IMG/VR virus record: IMGVR_UViG_3300012663_000526
Span: 32,001 to 96,000 of that record
Source: a virus
Strand: one strand, 5' to 3'
DNA: 64,000 nt
The stretch's first letter is position 1. Each line of letters opens with the position of its first letter. The translations under genes and the position numbers were made by a program. Positions 8,416 through 18,607 of this stretch are shown here, piece after piece. The notes under the pieces were generated by a model. The model was not told the DNA's origin. It saw only the letters and a program-made list of their open reading frames with translations, and ran no database searches.

Positions 8416-8651
8416 TAATGGAAAAAGTAGGTAACTTTGAATGGAAGATTGAGGATAGTGAAAACATTCCTTTTCTTAATCTAACCATTAAAAATGTATC
8501 CGAAAACAAGACGGTATTAATATCAGATGTAGTCTGGGCTACTGGGCGAGAAGACTTTTTGTCTGGAGTATATAATGCTGCGGTTGAGACTTTAAATGGA
8601 GCAGATCATTGCTGCTATGATGGTAAAGTTTCTTTAGTAGAGGAGGCATAA
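8412..8651 (+). CDS. Small hypothetical protein with HCC motif
   Basis: ATGA-coupled to the cupredoxin-tipped fibre; ADHCCYDG near the C-terminus. Confidence 0.65.
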   Translation: MIMEKVGNFEWKIEDSENIPFLNLTIKNVSENKTVLISDVVWATGREDFLSGVYNAAVETLNGADHCCYDGKVSLVEEA

Positions 8652-8652
8652 A

Positions 8653-9852
8653 ATGGCAACTTTTTTCCCAGCTAATCCAAATGTAAACCAAGAATATAAT
8701 GGTTATAAGTGGAACGGTGAAGCCTGGCGTATTATCAATGTTGAGAGAGAAACAGCTCAAGATGATGTTGCAGCAATGCTTACTCATGCAAATCATCAAA
8801 ACATAACTGTCACATATGATGATGCCAACAATAAGGTAATATTTACTGGATTTCCTCAGCTAACTCAAGAGCAGATACAAGACTTCCTTGCACCAATGTT
8901 TACTCATGGAACAAATTCAAATATAACTGCTACATACGACGACGAAACAAATAAAATGATGCTTGAGGCAGTAATACCTCCTTCAAAGGCATATATGTCT
9001 GTTATGGCTCCAGCCAGCCCAGTTGATGGACAGTTGTGGTACGACACTGATGAAGCAAGATCTGGCGTAACTGGTGCATTAAAAATATGGAATGCACTTA
9101 CAACTCAGTGGGTGTTTTTAAATCCAAATCTATCTCAATCTACTACGAACACTTGGACTTCAAATAATACGTTTAGCAATGGTGTAATTATCGGTCTTGC
9201 CGCCGCACCAACTTCTCCAGTAGAAGGACAGATATACTATAACACTGTTTTAAATAGTCTTAAAATATTTGATGGACAATTATGGCAAGATGTTCAAGGC
9301 GGAGGCGGAGGTGGTGGACTAAGTTTAACTTCTACTGACCTAACCGTTCCTCCTAGCACATTCTTCGTAGGATTAATTGCTCCACCAGGTGGCGCTACAA
9401 ATACTGGTGATTTGTGGATTGATATTGATGATGATGCTGGAGAGACAGAATTTATTTTTGCTGGACCTGAAGCTCCAACAAATTATGGAACAGACACCTT
9501 GTGGATTGATACTGACGAACCAATAACAGAATTAATTTACAGTGCAAATGAACCAGCAAACCCATCTTATACAGGAGAACTTTGGATAGATTTAGATGAT
9601 ACTTCAGGACAATCAATTTTGTCTGCTAATACTCCACCGTCTCCTTCAGAAACAGAATTTTGGTTAGACTTAACATCAGAAGAAGGTTCCGTTCTTTATG
9701 CAAACGTGTCAGACTTGCCACCAGCATTAGATTCTTTAGGAGCCCTAGCTTATGTTAGTTCAAATCAATCTTTATATATTGGAACAGCTCAAGGCTGGAA
9801 GAAATTTTACCCAAACTATGATTCAGAAGCTCTTTCTTGGATGGGCTTTTGA
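8653..9852 (+). CDS. Fibre-like structural protein with acidic P...G.LWID repeats
   Basis: GAGGAGG SD. Repeats GDLWIDIDD/DTLWIDTDE/GELWIDLDD/EFWLDL; GQLWYDT and GQIYYNT motifs. Confidence 0.75.
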   Translation: MATFFPANPNVNQEYNGYKWNGEAWRIINVERETAQDDVAAMLTHANHQNITVTYDDANNKVIFTGFPQLTQEQIQDFLAPMFTHGTNSNITATYDDETNKMMLEAVIPPSKAYMSVMAPASPVDGQLWYDTDEARSGVTGALKIWNALTTQWVFLNPNLSQSTTNTWTSNNTFSNGVIIGLAAAPTSPVEGQIYYNTVLNSLKIFDGQLWQDVQGGGGGGGLSLTSTDLTVPPSTFFVGLIAPPGGATNTGDLWIDIDDDAGETEFIFAGPEAPTNYGTDTLWIDTDEPITELIYSANEPANPSYTGELWIDLDDTSGQSILSANTPPSPSETEFWLDLTSEEGSVLYANVSDLPPALDSLGALAYVSSNQSLYIGTAQGWKKFYPNYDSEALSWMGF

Positions 9853-9865
9853 TAACTATTCATAG

Positions 9866-9871
9866 TATAAT
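9866..9871 (+). promoter_or_regulatory. Putative -10 box
   Basis: TATAAT in intergenic gap, followed by GAGGT SD and ATG 9890. Confidence 0.5.
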
Positions 9872-9889
9872 TAAGGCGAGGTATCAAAC

Positions 9890-10510
9890 ATGTCATTAAA
9901 ACGTTGGAACGGCTCAGCTTGGGTTGTAGTAGCAGGATCACGTCCAGGACCACAAGGTCCTCAAGGACTTCCAGGTGCCGCAGCAACAGTTTCTATTGGA
10001 ACTGTAACAACATTGCCTTCAGGATCTACACCAACTGTTGTAAATAGCGGAACATCAGCAGCAGCAGTTTTAAACTTTAGTCTTCCCTCTGGAACACAGG
10101 GCCCAGCAGGTGCCCCAGGTACCCCAGGAGCCCAGGGAACGGCAGGACAAAGAGGTTCTTACAACTATACTGGAATAGCAAATCCAACAGCCTTAAATCC
10201 AGCAAACAAGTTGGGTCTAGATAATTATTTAAATACTACAACAGGCGACTGGTTTCAATACAATTCAACAACTTCTCAATGGACATTGCAAGGAAATATT
10301 CGTGGCCCACAAGGTCAACAGGGTATTAAGGGTGATACTGGAGCGGTAGGACCTTCTGGTAATGAACTGGCAAATGCTATACTAGAGGAGACTACAGTTG
10401 CTAGAGTAGACGCAATGCTTAATCTTGGCTTGTATTATCCAAAATATACAAGTACACTAACTCAAACACAGCTTAACAGTAGATTTGCAGCATCAAGTTA
10501 TTTATTTTAG
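9890..10510 (+). CDS. Collagen-like (Gly-X-Y) fibre protein
   Basis: Three Gly-X-Y blocks, e.g. GTQGPAGAPGTPGAQGTAGQRG and GPQGQQGIKGDTGAVGPSG. Confidence 0.85.
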   Translation: MSLKRWNGSAWVVVAGSRPGPQGPQGLPGAAATVSIGTVTTLPSGSTPTVVNSGTSAAAVLNFSLPSGTQGPAGAPGTPGAQGTAGQRGSYNYTGIANPTALNPANKLGLDNYLNTTTGDWFQYNSTTSQWTLQGNIRGPQGQQGIKGDTGAVGPSGNELANAILEETTVARVDAMLNLGLYYPKYTSTLTQTQLNSRFAASSYLF

Positions 10511-10519
10511 GGAGAAAAA

Positions 10520-13500
10520 ATGGCAAGAAGACAAATAGAAGAAACATACTATACGTTTAACCCAGCAACAAATACTATTGTTGTCCCTAGAATCATTCTT
10601 CAAGACCGCTTAATGCTTATTACCAACACCACTGCGGGTAAGGTAATTTATAATTTTGCAGATAACACAACAAATGCTTATAGCTTTACAATAGACAATG
10701 AATTAGGATATGATCCAAAAACTACAATTGTATTAAAGTACAACTGTAATGGAATGAATGCTAATGACAAGTTGGCAATCATTGTTGATGAAGTTGCGGA
10801 AACAATGACATTTACAGAGCCTCTTCTAGACGCAGTAAATAAGCTTAGAGTAGCTCCACCACAATCACTTATCGATACAGACTTTGAATACGGTGTACAG
10901 GGTTCTAAATGGGAAGCCCTTGTATTAACAGCAAATTACCCTTCATTCTTCTCAAGAGCAACTGGAGGAAACTCGTTTGACCTAGCTTCAATGGTTGGTG
11001 ACGGAGCTTCTCCTAGATCATTAGTTACAGTTAACGTTATTTCACCAGCTACAGACCTTGCAGCTGGAGATGTTATCTCTATACAGGATTCGCTAAACCC
11101 ACTATCAGAAGGAACATACCCAATCCAATCAGTTTCTACTGACGGATACACATTCACATTTAGAGCATCTGGAGTAGTAAGCGGAAACCTAAGAGATGGA
11201 ACACTAACTGCAGTAACAGGTGGAGGAATTTATGACAATGCTCATATTCCAGGAGGAAACGCAGCCGCAGGTTTAAATGGCTGGTCTGCATACTCTGATG
11301 AAGCAGGAGAGTCTACTATTACAGTTACAACAAGTAATCCACACGGATTGCTTCCAGGAACACCAATTCTTATTGGAAACCAAAATCCTGCATGTCCAAT
11401 TTCTGGTACATGGAGAATATTTAACGTTTCTACTCCAAACCAATTTAAGTTTAAAATGACTTCTGCAGTAACAAACTCTTCAATGGTTACAGCGGGAGTA
11501 GGCTTATATGCAAAGCCAAACGGATACGTACAGCATAGACCATTTGACGGCGGAGTTATCTTATCTACTACAGATAACGTATGTGGAGTTAGAGTAGTTC
11601 GTCAAACACGTAGATACTTTAGATACCAGTCTGGTAAGGCTATGCAGTTCTCAACTGGTGTAAAATTTACACCAACATTTGATATTGATGGAATCACAGT
11701 TGCAGGAGTTCTTCCAGGAAGTCAAACAGTTACAGTTCAAACTATTCAAGACCATGGATTACAACCTGGAGCAAAGATTAAGATTGAAGGTGTCGTAACT
11801 GCTGGATCGTATAACCCATGGAATGGAAAATTCGTAGTCACTAATATTCTTGGTACAAACTCTTTCCAATACAATATGGTTCTTACACAAGGACTTCAAG
11901 CAACAGATCAGTTCCCAGGTGGTATTGATGTAAAGGCAACAGTTTATGAGTGGGATGGAGCAGCAACACGTTGTGGTCTTTATAACGATCAGAACGGATT
12001 CTTCTTTGAGTATGACGGAACGTATCTATATGCGGTAAGAAGATTTACAAAGAAAGAATTATTTGGAAGACTATCAGTAACACAAAATTCAAACATTGTT
12101 ACTGGAATTGGAACAAGATTTAGAAAGCAGTTGTTGGTAGGAGAGCAAATTGTTATTAAGGGTGCTAACTATATAGTAGCTGAAATTTCAAGTGATACAA
12201 GAATTGCAATTACTCCAGCATATAAGGGTGCAACAAATGCAACCTCAAGATATTTGATCACTCAAGAAATTCGTGTTCCTCAAACAGAGTGGAGCATGGA
12301 TAGAATGGACGGAACTGGTCCTAGCGGTTACACACTTGATACAACTCAAATGCAGATGGCGTATATCGACTATACTTGGTATGGAGCAGGATTTATTAGA
12401 TTTGGATTTAGAACTACTGAAGGTAACATTGCTTATTGCCATAAAATGCCTAATAACAATACCAATACAGAAGCATATATGCGTTCAGGTAACCTTCCAG
12501 CTAGATACGAAGCAGTTAACTCACCATTCTTTAATACAAAGCTAAAGGCTGGTGGAAATGGAATTGTAGGATCACCACTGGCATCATCAGAAATTCTTAT
12601 GTATGTAGATAGCATTAAGTTCTGGCCAACAGAAGGCTGGTTGATCATTAAGGATAGCTCAGCCGTAGAACTTTGCTCTTATACAATTACAAATCCAGTA
12701 TACAATCAAACAGCTCAGGGATATGCAGTTAATATTAACCGCAGACAGCCTATGACATCGTTCTTTGGCGGAACCCCTTGGGCCCTAAGCGGAACAAATA
12801 ACTCAATTACATTTACTCCAGATTCAACTATTACAAATGGCTCTGGAACATCTCAAGTATCAATTCAGACAATTACAAATACATGTGCTCCAGTTATTTC
12901 ACACTGGGGATCATCAGTAATTATGGACGGAAGATTTGATGATGATAAGAACTTCATCTTCACAGCTGGTATGCAGCGATTTATGAATATTGCAGGTTCT
13001 GGTACAGTTACAGCAAAGGTAACATCTAAGGCGGCATCAGCAGGAACAGCTACTCTTACAACAGCAGCAAACCATGGACTTCAAGCTGGATATCCAGTAT
13101 CGGTTTCAGATGTTAATACAAGAGCTGTTATCACATCTATAGTAAGAACTTCTGCAACAGAATTAACATTTACTACTTCTGGTGCACACAACTTTATTAC
13201 AGGCTACAACGTAAATATCACCAATACAACTCTATCTAATAGAGGGTCTACTGGATTAGTTGTAACAAATGCAATTTTAACAGTTGCAAATGGAACTAGA
13301 ACAATTGCTACAGTCCCAACAACAAATACATTTACAATTACTTTAGCTGGTGCATATGGATATACAGCGCAGCCACAAACTTCATCAGCACTTGCGATTG
13401 AAAATACAACATTTAACGGAACTTATACAGTATCTGCAGTTACAGCAAATACTATTCAGTATACAATACCAAACTCAACATCAATTCCAGCTTCGATTGT

Positions 13501-14083
13501 TACTCCAAACGGAAGCATTCAGCAGTCATTCGGTTCTGCAGCAGTTCCAAGACCACTGATCTCAATCAGAATTGCACCTTCAGCAGATAACGGAATTGGT
13601 AGAAACTATGGTATCCGTGAAGTTATCAATACAATGCAGCTGCAGCTTTCAGAACTAGGAATCTTGGCTCAAGGAACATTCCTTATTCAGGGTCTGTATA
13701 ACGTAGCTAAGTTCCCAACTGGAGTAAACATTCCATCAGATTGGGAAATTAAGAGAGTTCCAGGTGGATCACTTGCACAGGTAATTTACCATGATGGAAC
13801 TGGTGAAATTGGTTCAACCGTAACAACACCTATTACTACAGTGCAAGGCGGAGATCAGGCGTTTGCTTTCTACGTATCTGGTACTGCTACAGACTACAAT
13901 ACAACAACATTCAACCTTTCAAAGGTTAGAGATCTTGGAACATCTATTCTATCTGGAAATGGTAACGCTACCGCTCCAGGATTCCCAAATGGTCCAGACA
14001 TTCTAACAATCGTTGCAACTAACTTAGGTTTAACATCTTCAGATATTTCAGCTCGTCTTTCATGGACTGAAGCTCAGGCTTAA
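10520..14083 (+). CDS. Large virion structural protein with repeated T.TT...HGL..G beta-barrel modules
   Basis: GGAG SD. Repeated HGL modules; VRQTRRYFRYQSGK and DYTWYGAGFIRFG motifs seen in large aquatic phage structural proteins. Confidence 0.7.
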   Translation: MARRQIEETYYTFNPATNTIVVPRIILQDRLMLITNTTAGKVIYNFADNTTNAYSFTIDNELGYDPKTTIVLKYNCNGMNANDKLAIIVDEVAETMTFTEPLLDAVNKLRVAPPQSLIDTDFEYGVQGSKWEALVLTANYPSFFSRATGGNSFDLASMVGDGASPRSLVTVNVISPATDLAAGDVISIQDSLNPLSEGTYPIQSVSTDGYTFTFRASGVVSGNLRDGTLTAVTGGGIYDNAHIPGGNAAAGLNGWSAYSDEAGESTITVTTSNPHGLLPGTPILIGNQNPACPISGTWRIFNVSTPNQFKFKMTSAVTNSSMVTAGVGLYAKPNGYVQHRPFDGGVILSTTDNVCGVRVVRQTRRYFRYQSGKAMQFSTGVKFTPTFDIDGITVAGVLPGSQTVTVQTIQDHGLQPGAKIKIEGVVTAGSYNPWNGKFVVTNILGTNSFQYNMVLTQGLQATDQFPGGIDVKATVYEWDGAATRCGLYNDQNGFFFEYDGTYLYAVRRFTKKELFGRLSVTQNSNIVTGIGTRFRKQLLVGEQIVIKGANYIVAEISSDTRIAITPAYKGATNATSRYLITQEIRVPQTEWSMDRMDGTGPSGYTLDTTQMQMAYIDYTWYGAGFIRFGFRTTEGNIAYCHKMPNNNTNTEAYMRSGNLPARYEAVNSPFFNTKLKAGGNGIVGSPLASSEILMYVDSIKFWPTEGWLIIKDSSAVELCSYTITNPVYNQTAQGYAVNINRRQPMTSFFGGTPWALSGTNNSITFTPDSTITNGSGTSQVSIQTITNTCAPVISHWGSSVIMDGRFDDDKNFIFTAGMQRFMNIAGSGTVTAKVTSKAASAGTATLTTAANHGLQAGYPVSVSDVNTRAVITSIVRTSATELTFTTSGAHNFITGYNVNITNTTLSNRGSTGLVVTNAILTVANGTRTIATVPTTNTFTITLAGAYGYTAQPQTSSALAIENTTFNGTYTVSAVTANTIQYTIPNSTSIPASIVTPNGSIQQSFGSAAVPRPLISIRIAPSADNGIGRNYGIREVINTMQLQLSELGILAQGTFLIQGLYNVAKFPTGVNIPSDWEIKRVPGGSLAQVIYHDGTGEIGSTVTTPITTVQGGDQAFAFYVSGTATDYNTTTFNLSKVRDLGTSILSGNGNATAPGFPNGPDILTIVATNLGLTSSDISARLSWTEAQA

Positions 14084-14095
14084 AAGGGAGAAAAA

Positions 14096-14764
14096 GTGCC
14101 AGACTATAGCACACTCAATGATGAAATCGCAGTCTTAAAATCTAAGATTGATGGATTAACATCTCAGACTCTTACAGCAGAAAGCATCATGTATGTTGCT
14201 GAGTCTCTAACAATTCTCGGAGAGCTTCTAGGGGTAAAAGACATTGTTGGAGCAACAGCTTCTGCTATTTCTGATGTTAATGATGCAGCAGCAGCTGCAA
14301 TAGTAGTTATAAACGGAACCGCAAATGGTGCAGCTGTATCAAGTTTACAAACTCAATATACAAATCTTCAGGCATCTTACAACAACCTTGAGCCTAGAAC
14401 TAATTCTCTAGAAAGTCAAATTAATTCACAGTCTTCAGCTATTGCAACAGCATCAGCTCAAGCAGCCGCAGCATCATTTAGTCCGTGGCAAATAATTACT
14501 GGAACAACGTACCAAGCTTTTGCAAAAGATAGACTGATGGTTGTACCAGTTGCTACACAAGTAATTACATTACCACCTGGCCCAGCCAGAGGTGATGTGG
14601 TTGAAATTATTGATATTGCTGGAACGGCAGCAACAACAAACTTTACAGTAAATAGATCTGGAGAAAGAATAAATGGTCTATTAGAAAACCTTTTGTTTAA
14701 CGTAAACGGAAGAGCAATTAAACTACTATACACAAATACAACATACGGCTGGAGGGTAATCTAA
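14096..14764 (+). CDS. Fibre adaptor-like protein (coiled coil plus ITLP..P..GD.V.IID module)
   Basis: N-terminus paralogous to 16112-16444; ends in the LLY...YGW.V fibre joint motif. Confidence 0.7.
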   Translation: MPDYSTLNDEIAVLKSKIDGLTSQTLTAESIMYVAESLTILGELLGVKDIVGATASAISDVNDAAAAAIVVINGTANGAAVSSLQTQYTNLQASYNNLEPRTNSLESQINSQSSAIATASAQAAAASFSPWQIITGTTYQAFAKDRLMVVPVATQVITLPPGPARGDVVEIIDIAGTAATTNFTVNRSGERINGLLENLLFNVNGRAIKLLYTNTTYGWRVI

Positions 14765-15690
14765 TGCCAGATTTAAATTCGGTTCTAACTTTAGGCTCAG
14801 GACTTAAAGCAGCAGACTTAGCAACAATTGGTGTTACTGGTTCTGCACTAGGAATTACTCCAGCATCATTGGGTGTTGTTGATGCAGAATCTAGATTGTT
14901 TAGAGAAGTAACGGATGGAACTAGAAGGCCATTCTCTATTCCCACGATTAAAAGCCTGCATATGAGAAATAGTGGCTGGTCATATAACTTTTCATCAGGA
15001 GACGCTTGGACTAACTATCATAACTACCTTACTGGAGCAGGATCAAATGCTGACTCAGAAAGAGCTTTTTGGTTCGGCCTTGGAACAAATACAAGACAAA
15101 ATACATTAAACTACTCTGAAACTGGAGATAATCGAGTAATTGAGTATGCTACAAATTCAGTTGTTGGAGGTTTTGAATTAACTTCAGGCCTTGATAACAG
15201 ATCTAACTATTGCCCAATGATTTTTAGAACTATGTTTATTAGAAATTTTCATCCAACATTGTCAAAGACAATTACCATGTGGGGTCATTATTCAAACTAC
15301 TGGTCAGCAGGATATGAGGGGTCAGGGGTAGCAATAGGAACTCCAAATGTTAGTGGCTCATATGCGGCAGTAACAGATATTAACTGGTCAGTTCCAGTAA
15401 ATAGAAGCAGTGGTAACTCTAACTATACATGGTCCTGGAACGTAGCAATACCAGCAAAAACAACAGTTGTTGTAGTACAGGCAAATACAGGATACTACTG
15501 GAGATCTAATCAGTATCTACAAAATAATAAATTTTATGATTTGCATAATACATTTACTGATTTTTGGGTTCAACCAGATCACAAGATGACTCAATCAGCA
15601 GCTTTATATAATGATGTTAATAATGAATTTAACGTAAGAAACTCATATAGAGTGTGGCAATATGCCGCATCACAGTTTGGAGATAGATAA
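14764..15690 (+). CDS. Putative receptor-binding/fibre tip protein (W/Y/N-rich)
   Basis: TAATG-coupled; aromatic and Asn-rich; followed by a chaperone gene. Confidence 0.6.
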   Translation: MPDLNSVLTLGSGLKAADLATIGVTGSALGITPASLGVVDAESRLFREVTDGTRRPFSIPTIKSLHMRNSGWSYNFSSGDAWTNYHNYLTGAGSNADSERAFWFGLGTNTRQNTLNYSETGDNRVIEYATNSVVGGFELTSGLDNRSNYCPMIFRTMFIRNFHPTLSKTITMWGHYSNYWSAGYEGSGVAIGTPNVSGSYAAVTDINWSVPVNRSSGNSNYTWSWNVAIPAKTTVVVVQANTGYYWRSNQYLQNNKFYDLHNTFTDFWVQPDHKMTQSAALYNDVNNEFNVRNSYRVWQYAASQFGDR

Positions 15691-16067
15691 TGTATTATGT
15701 TAAATTTGGACCAGATGGATTCCATGAAGAATCAAAATGGGCAGAGGAATTTCCTGGAGAAGGATGGTATGCTGCTGGAACCGATATTACTGGAAAGTAT
15801 TTTAAACTTTCAAGAGAAGTAGCAGTTGCATTAACAAAAAAGCAGTTTGAAGACCACATGTCGTACCTTGGAAATAAAGCTACTTTTGATGTAGCAAGAA
15901 GAAGAAGAAACGAAGCTTTATCTGAATCAGATTGGACTCAGTTACCAAACAGCCCTTTATCTGATGAAAAAAAGGCACAATGGGAAGCCTACAGAGAAGC
16001 ATTAAGAAACTATCCAGCATTACTGGAAAGTGACATTAATGCAGAATTCCCTGCAGAACCGCAATAA
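15690..16067 (+). CDS. Tail fibre assembly chaperone
   Basis: R..RN..L.ESDWTQLP.SPL...K..W..YR.ALR..P signature. Confidence 0.85.
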   Translation: MYYVKFGPDGFHEESKWAEEFPGEGWYAAGTDITGKYFKLSREVAVALTKKQFEDHMSYLGNKATFDVARRRRNEALSESDWTQLPNSPLSDEKKAQWEAYREALRNYPALLESDINAEFPAEPQ

Positions 16068-16076
16068 TAGCGGCTA

Positions 16077-16085
16077 TGCTATAAT
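16077..16085 (+). promoter_or_regulatory. Extended -10 promoter (TGCTATAAT)
   Basis: TGn-TATAAT, followed by GAGGTG SD and ATG 16112. Confidence 0.6.
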
Positions 16086-16111
16086 TAATACAAAGAGGTG
16101 GTAGTAAAAAA

Positions 16112-16444
16112 ATGACTGACTATTCAACACTTGGCACCCAAGTAACACTGGCCAAAAATAAGATTGATGCTTTAACAAGCTCAACTCTTGATGCCCAGGA
16201 CCTAGTATTTTTAGCTAAGGCTTTAGAGACACTAGGAAACTTGCTCGGAGTCAATGATATTCTTGGAGTAACAAATAGCTCTATTACAAGCGTTCAAACC
16301 GCTGCCGCAGGTCAAGTCAATCTTGTTACTGCCGCTGGAGCAACACAGATTGCAGCAGTAAACACATCTGGTACAACTCAGATCGCACTCGTCGCAGCAG
16401 CAATTAGCAACTATACTTTATACGCAAACATGGGAGTAATATAA
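16112..16444 (+). CDS. Structural protein, paralog of the N-terminus of 14096-14764
   Basis: MTDYSTL....LAK.KID.LTS.TL.A..L...A..L..LG.LLGV.DI.G.T is shared. Confidence 0.7.
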   Translation: MTDYSTLGTQVTLAKNKIDALTSSTLDAQDLVFLAKALETLGNLLGVNDILGVTNSSITSVQTAAAGQVNLVTAAGATQIAAVNTSGTTQIALVAAAISNYTLYANMGVI

Positions 16445-16445
16445 A

Positions 16446-16763
16446 ATGGCTACAATTAGCTTACCAGCAAGACTATACAGCGGCGTAGTACCAAACACAT
16501 CAACACAAATTTGGACATGCCCAGCAGGTGAAACAGATGTTATTACATCAGTTACAGTTGCTAACTTAACAAACGTTGCAAATCAGTGCACACTGAGCTT
16601 TGCAGGAACAGAATTCTTCAAGAACCTAGACTTGGCTCCACGTCAAATCACAGTCCTTGATTTCAAGCAGGTTTTAAACGCAGGAGATGCAATTTCAGTA
16701 TCAGCATCAGTACCAAGCGCAGTTAGCTTGTTCATCTCTGGCGTAAAAGTAACAAATATCTAA
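16446..16763 (+). CDS. Small beta-sandwich structural protein, paralog of 21615-21950
   Basis: P.R...V.N....L....VLN.GD.I....S......ISGV pattern is shared. Confidence 0.65.
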   Translation: MATISLPARLYSGVVPNTSTQIWTCPAGETDVITSVTVANLTNVANQCTLSFAGTEFFKNLDLAPRQITVLDFKQVLNAGDAISVSASVPSAVSLFISGVKVTNI

Positions 16764-16788
16764 TAACAGAAATTTAGGAGAAATTTAA

Positions 16789-18291
16789 ATGGCAGTAGCA
16801 AATAGCACGATACAGCTAATCATTCCAGGTATTGATAAGCTTATTGCAGATAGCTTTACAACAACTCTAGCCTCTAATGCTACTGTTACTGCTATTCAAA
16901 CAAATATTGCTAACGCTGGAAGTATTAGTCAGATCCAGGCTGCATTAGCTGCATTAACTGCAGATATTGGCGCTCTGCCAAATAAAGAGCCTCTCCCATA
17001 CTTTGCAACATGGTCTAACAGAGATAACGATCCAAGAGCAACTATTTACAATAGCGATATGCGTGAGGTTTATAATGGTAAGCCAGATACAAATGCTGAA
17101 ATGTGGTCAGCATGGACTGGAAACAACTATACAAACGGAAACATTGGTTCTAACGGTTGGACATCTAACTGGATGGGATCAACATCATTCTATCAAGCAG
17201 ATACTCACTGGTACTTTAAGGTAAGTGAAGGATATAACAACCCAGGATTTGCTATGAATCCAGATGGACAAGATTCGTGGATGCCTTATTGGGGCGTAAT
17301 TATTGGTAACACTGGTAAGAGACAAAAGATTTCATTGTGGTCAAACGGGTCAGATTTAAGAGTTATGCCAAGAGGAGTTCAAGGTGGAGATCTTGAGAGA
17401 ATTAACTTAAACTCTGCTACCTACGCTACTTGGTTTGGCGGAACCGAGTACGGAATGAACTCTTATAACGAAAGAACGGGAACTCTTATAGTAATTGAAG
17501 CAAAAGACGGATCTAATAACTATCGTTTACACAGATGGATTAACACTGGAACAAACAGATCAATTAATCAATCAAACTTTAAAGCTGGAATGCTACATAG
17601 ATTCGTTTCAGAAGCAAAGGCTGGAACAACTGTTGGTGGAATAGCTTCTTATAACTTCTACGACTTCCAGTGGCAAGCATCTGCTTCTCAAAACTATAAT
17701 GAGTCAAGATATCGTATGCGTATTGTAGCTGGAGATAATGGAATTATTGGTATGCAGAGATTTGTGCCCTCTAACATTACACACTATGCTACGTTTACCC
17801 CAGCATCTTCTACACTAAATACATCATTTAATACAATATCAAATACGACTTCATATGGAATTGAGCAAGGCGGTAAGTACGGAGCTAGACATAATATTAC
17901 CTGGGATAACTACTGGGTAGCAGCATATAACGTATACTACTACTATGGATCTGGAATGAACGTATTCTTTATCGATACCAGAGACCCTAGAAACTACTTT
18001 ATTGGTCAATATGCCTCAACAGACAATGGATGTGCTTTAGTTCCGTTTGATAGAAATAAGTTTATGTGGTCATATCACGTATCTAACTCTGACGGAGATT
18101 CTGGTCAAAGACTAGCAATTGTAGATCTTGAAGGTCCACTAAAGTATGGTAGAACATTATCTGGTACAATTGCTAATGGAGCAAATATTGGTGTTGACAA
18201 GAACGTTATGAACGGTATTTTTGACACAAAGTATACAAGCACAAACTATACATTACTATTGCCAGTACAACGCTGGCCAAGAAATATTTAA
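16789..18291 (+). CDS. Putative receptor-binding protein (possible beta-propeller), paralog of 19058-20581
   Basis: Shared blocks ESRYRMRI.AGDN..IG..RFVPSNITHYATF and NITWDNYW.A.Y..YYYYG.GM. Confidence 0.65.
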   Translation: MAVANSTIQLIIPGIDKLIADSFTTTLASNATVTAIQTNIANAGSISQIQAALAALTADIGALPNKEPLPYFATWSNRDNDPRATIYNSDMREVYNGKPDTNAEMWSAWTGNNYTNGNIGSNGWTSNWMGSTSFYQADTHWYFKVSEGYNNPGFAMNPDGQDSWMPYWGVIIGNTGKRQKISLWSNGSDLRVMPRGVQGGDLERINLNSATYATWFGGTEYGMNSYNERTGTLIVIEAKDGSNNYRLHRWINTGTNRSINQSNFKAGMLHRFVSEAKAGTTVGGIASYNFYDFQWQASASQNYNESRYRMRIVAGDNGIIGMQRFVPSNITHYATFTPASSTLNTSFNTISNTTSYGIEQGGKYGARHNITWDNYWVAAYNVYYYYGSGMNVFFIDTRDPRNYFIGQYASTDNGCALVPFDRNKFMWSYHVSNSDGDSGQRLAIVDLEGPLKYGRTLSGTIANGANIGVDKNVMNGIFDTKYTSTNYTLLLPVQRWPRNI

Positions 18292-18309
18292 GGAAAGAAG
18301 GAGATTAAT

Positions 18310-18606
18310 ATGAAGATAAGCTTTATGCTAGGTGAAGGTTTTGTAGGTCAATTCCTTGAGAATGGTGAGTATGACTTACCTATTGAGTCTGATCTCCCAC
18401 ACCGCTTTGAGTTAAGAGATGGCGTAGTTGTAGATAAGTACGATGGCGTATCTGATGACGAAGTAAAAAGAATTGATCATGAAAGAGCAATCGCTGAGCG
18501 TGAGGCAGTAATTGCTGCAGTAGAGGCTGGAGATGAAATAGAGTCAAATATTCCACCAGAGATTCCACCACTAAACGCTGTTGCACCAGCAGAGGATAAC
18601 GAGTAA
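18310..18606 (+). CDS. Small acidic protein (putative chaperone)
   Basis: AAGGAG SD; follows the RBP-like gene. Confidence 0.65.
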   Translation: MKISFMLGEGFVGQFLENGEYDLPIESDLPHRFELRDGVVVDKYDGVSDDEVKRIDHERAIAEREAVIAAVEAGDEIESNIPPEIPPLNAVAPAEDNE

Positions 18607-18607
18607 T

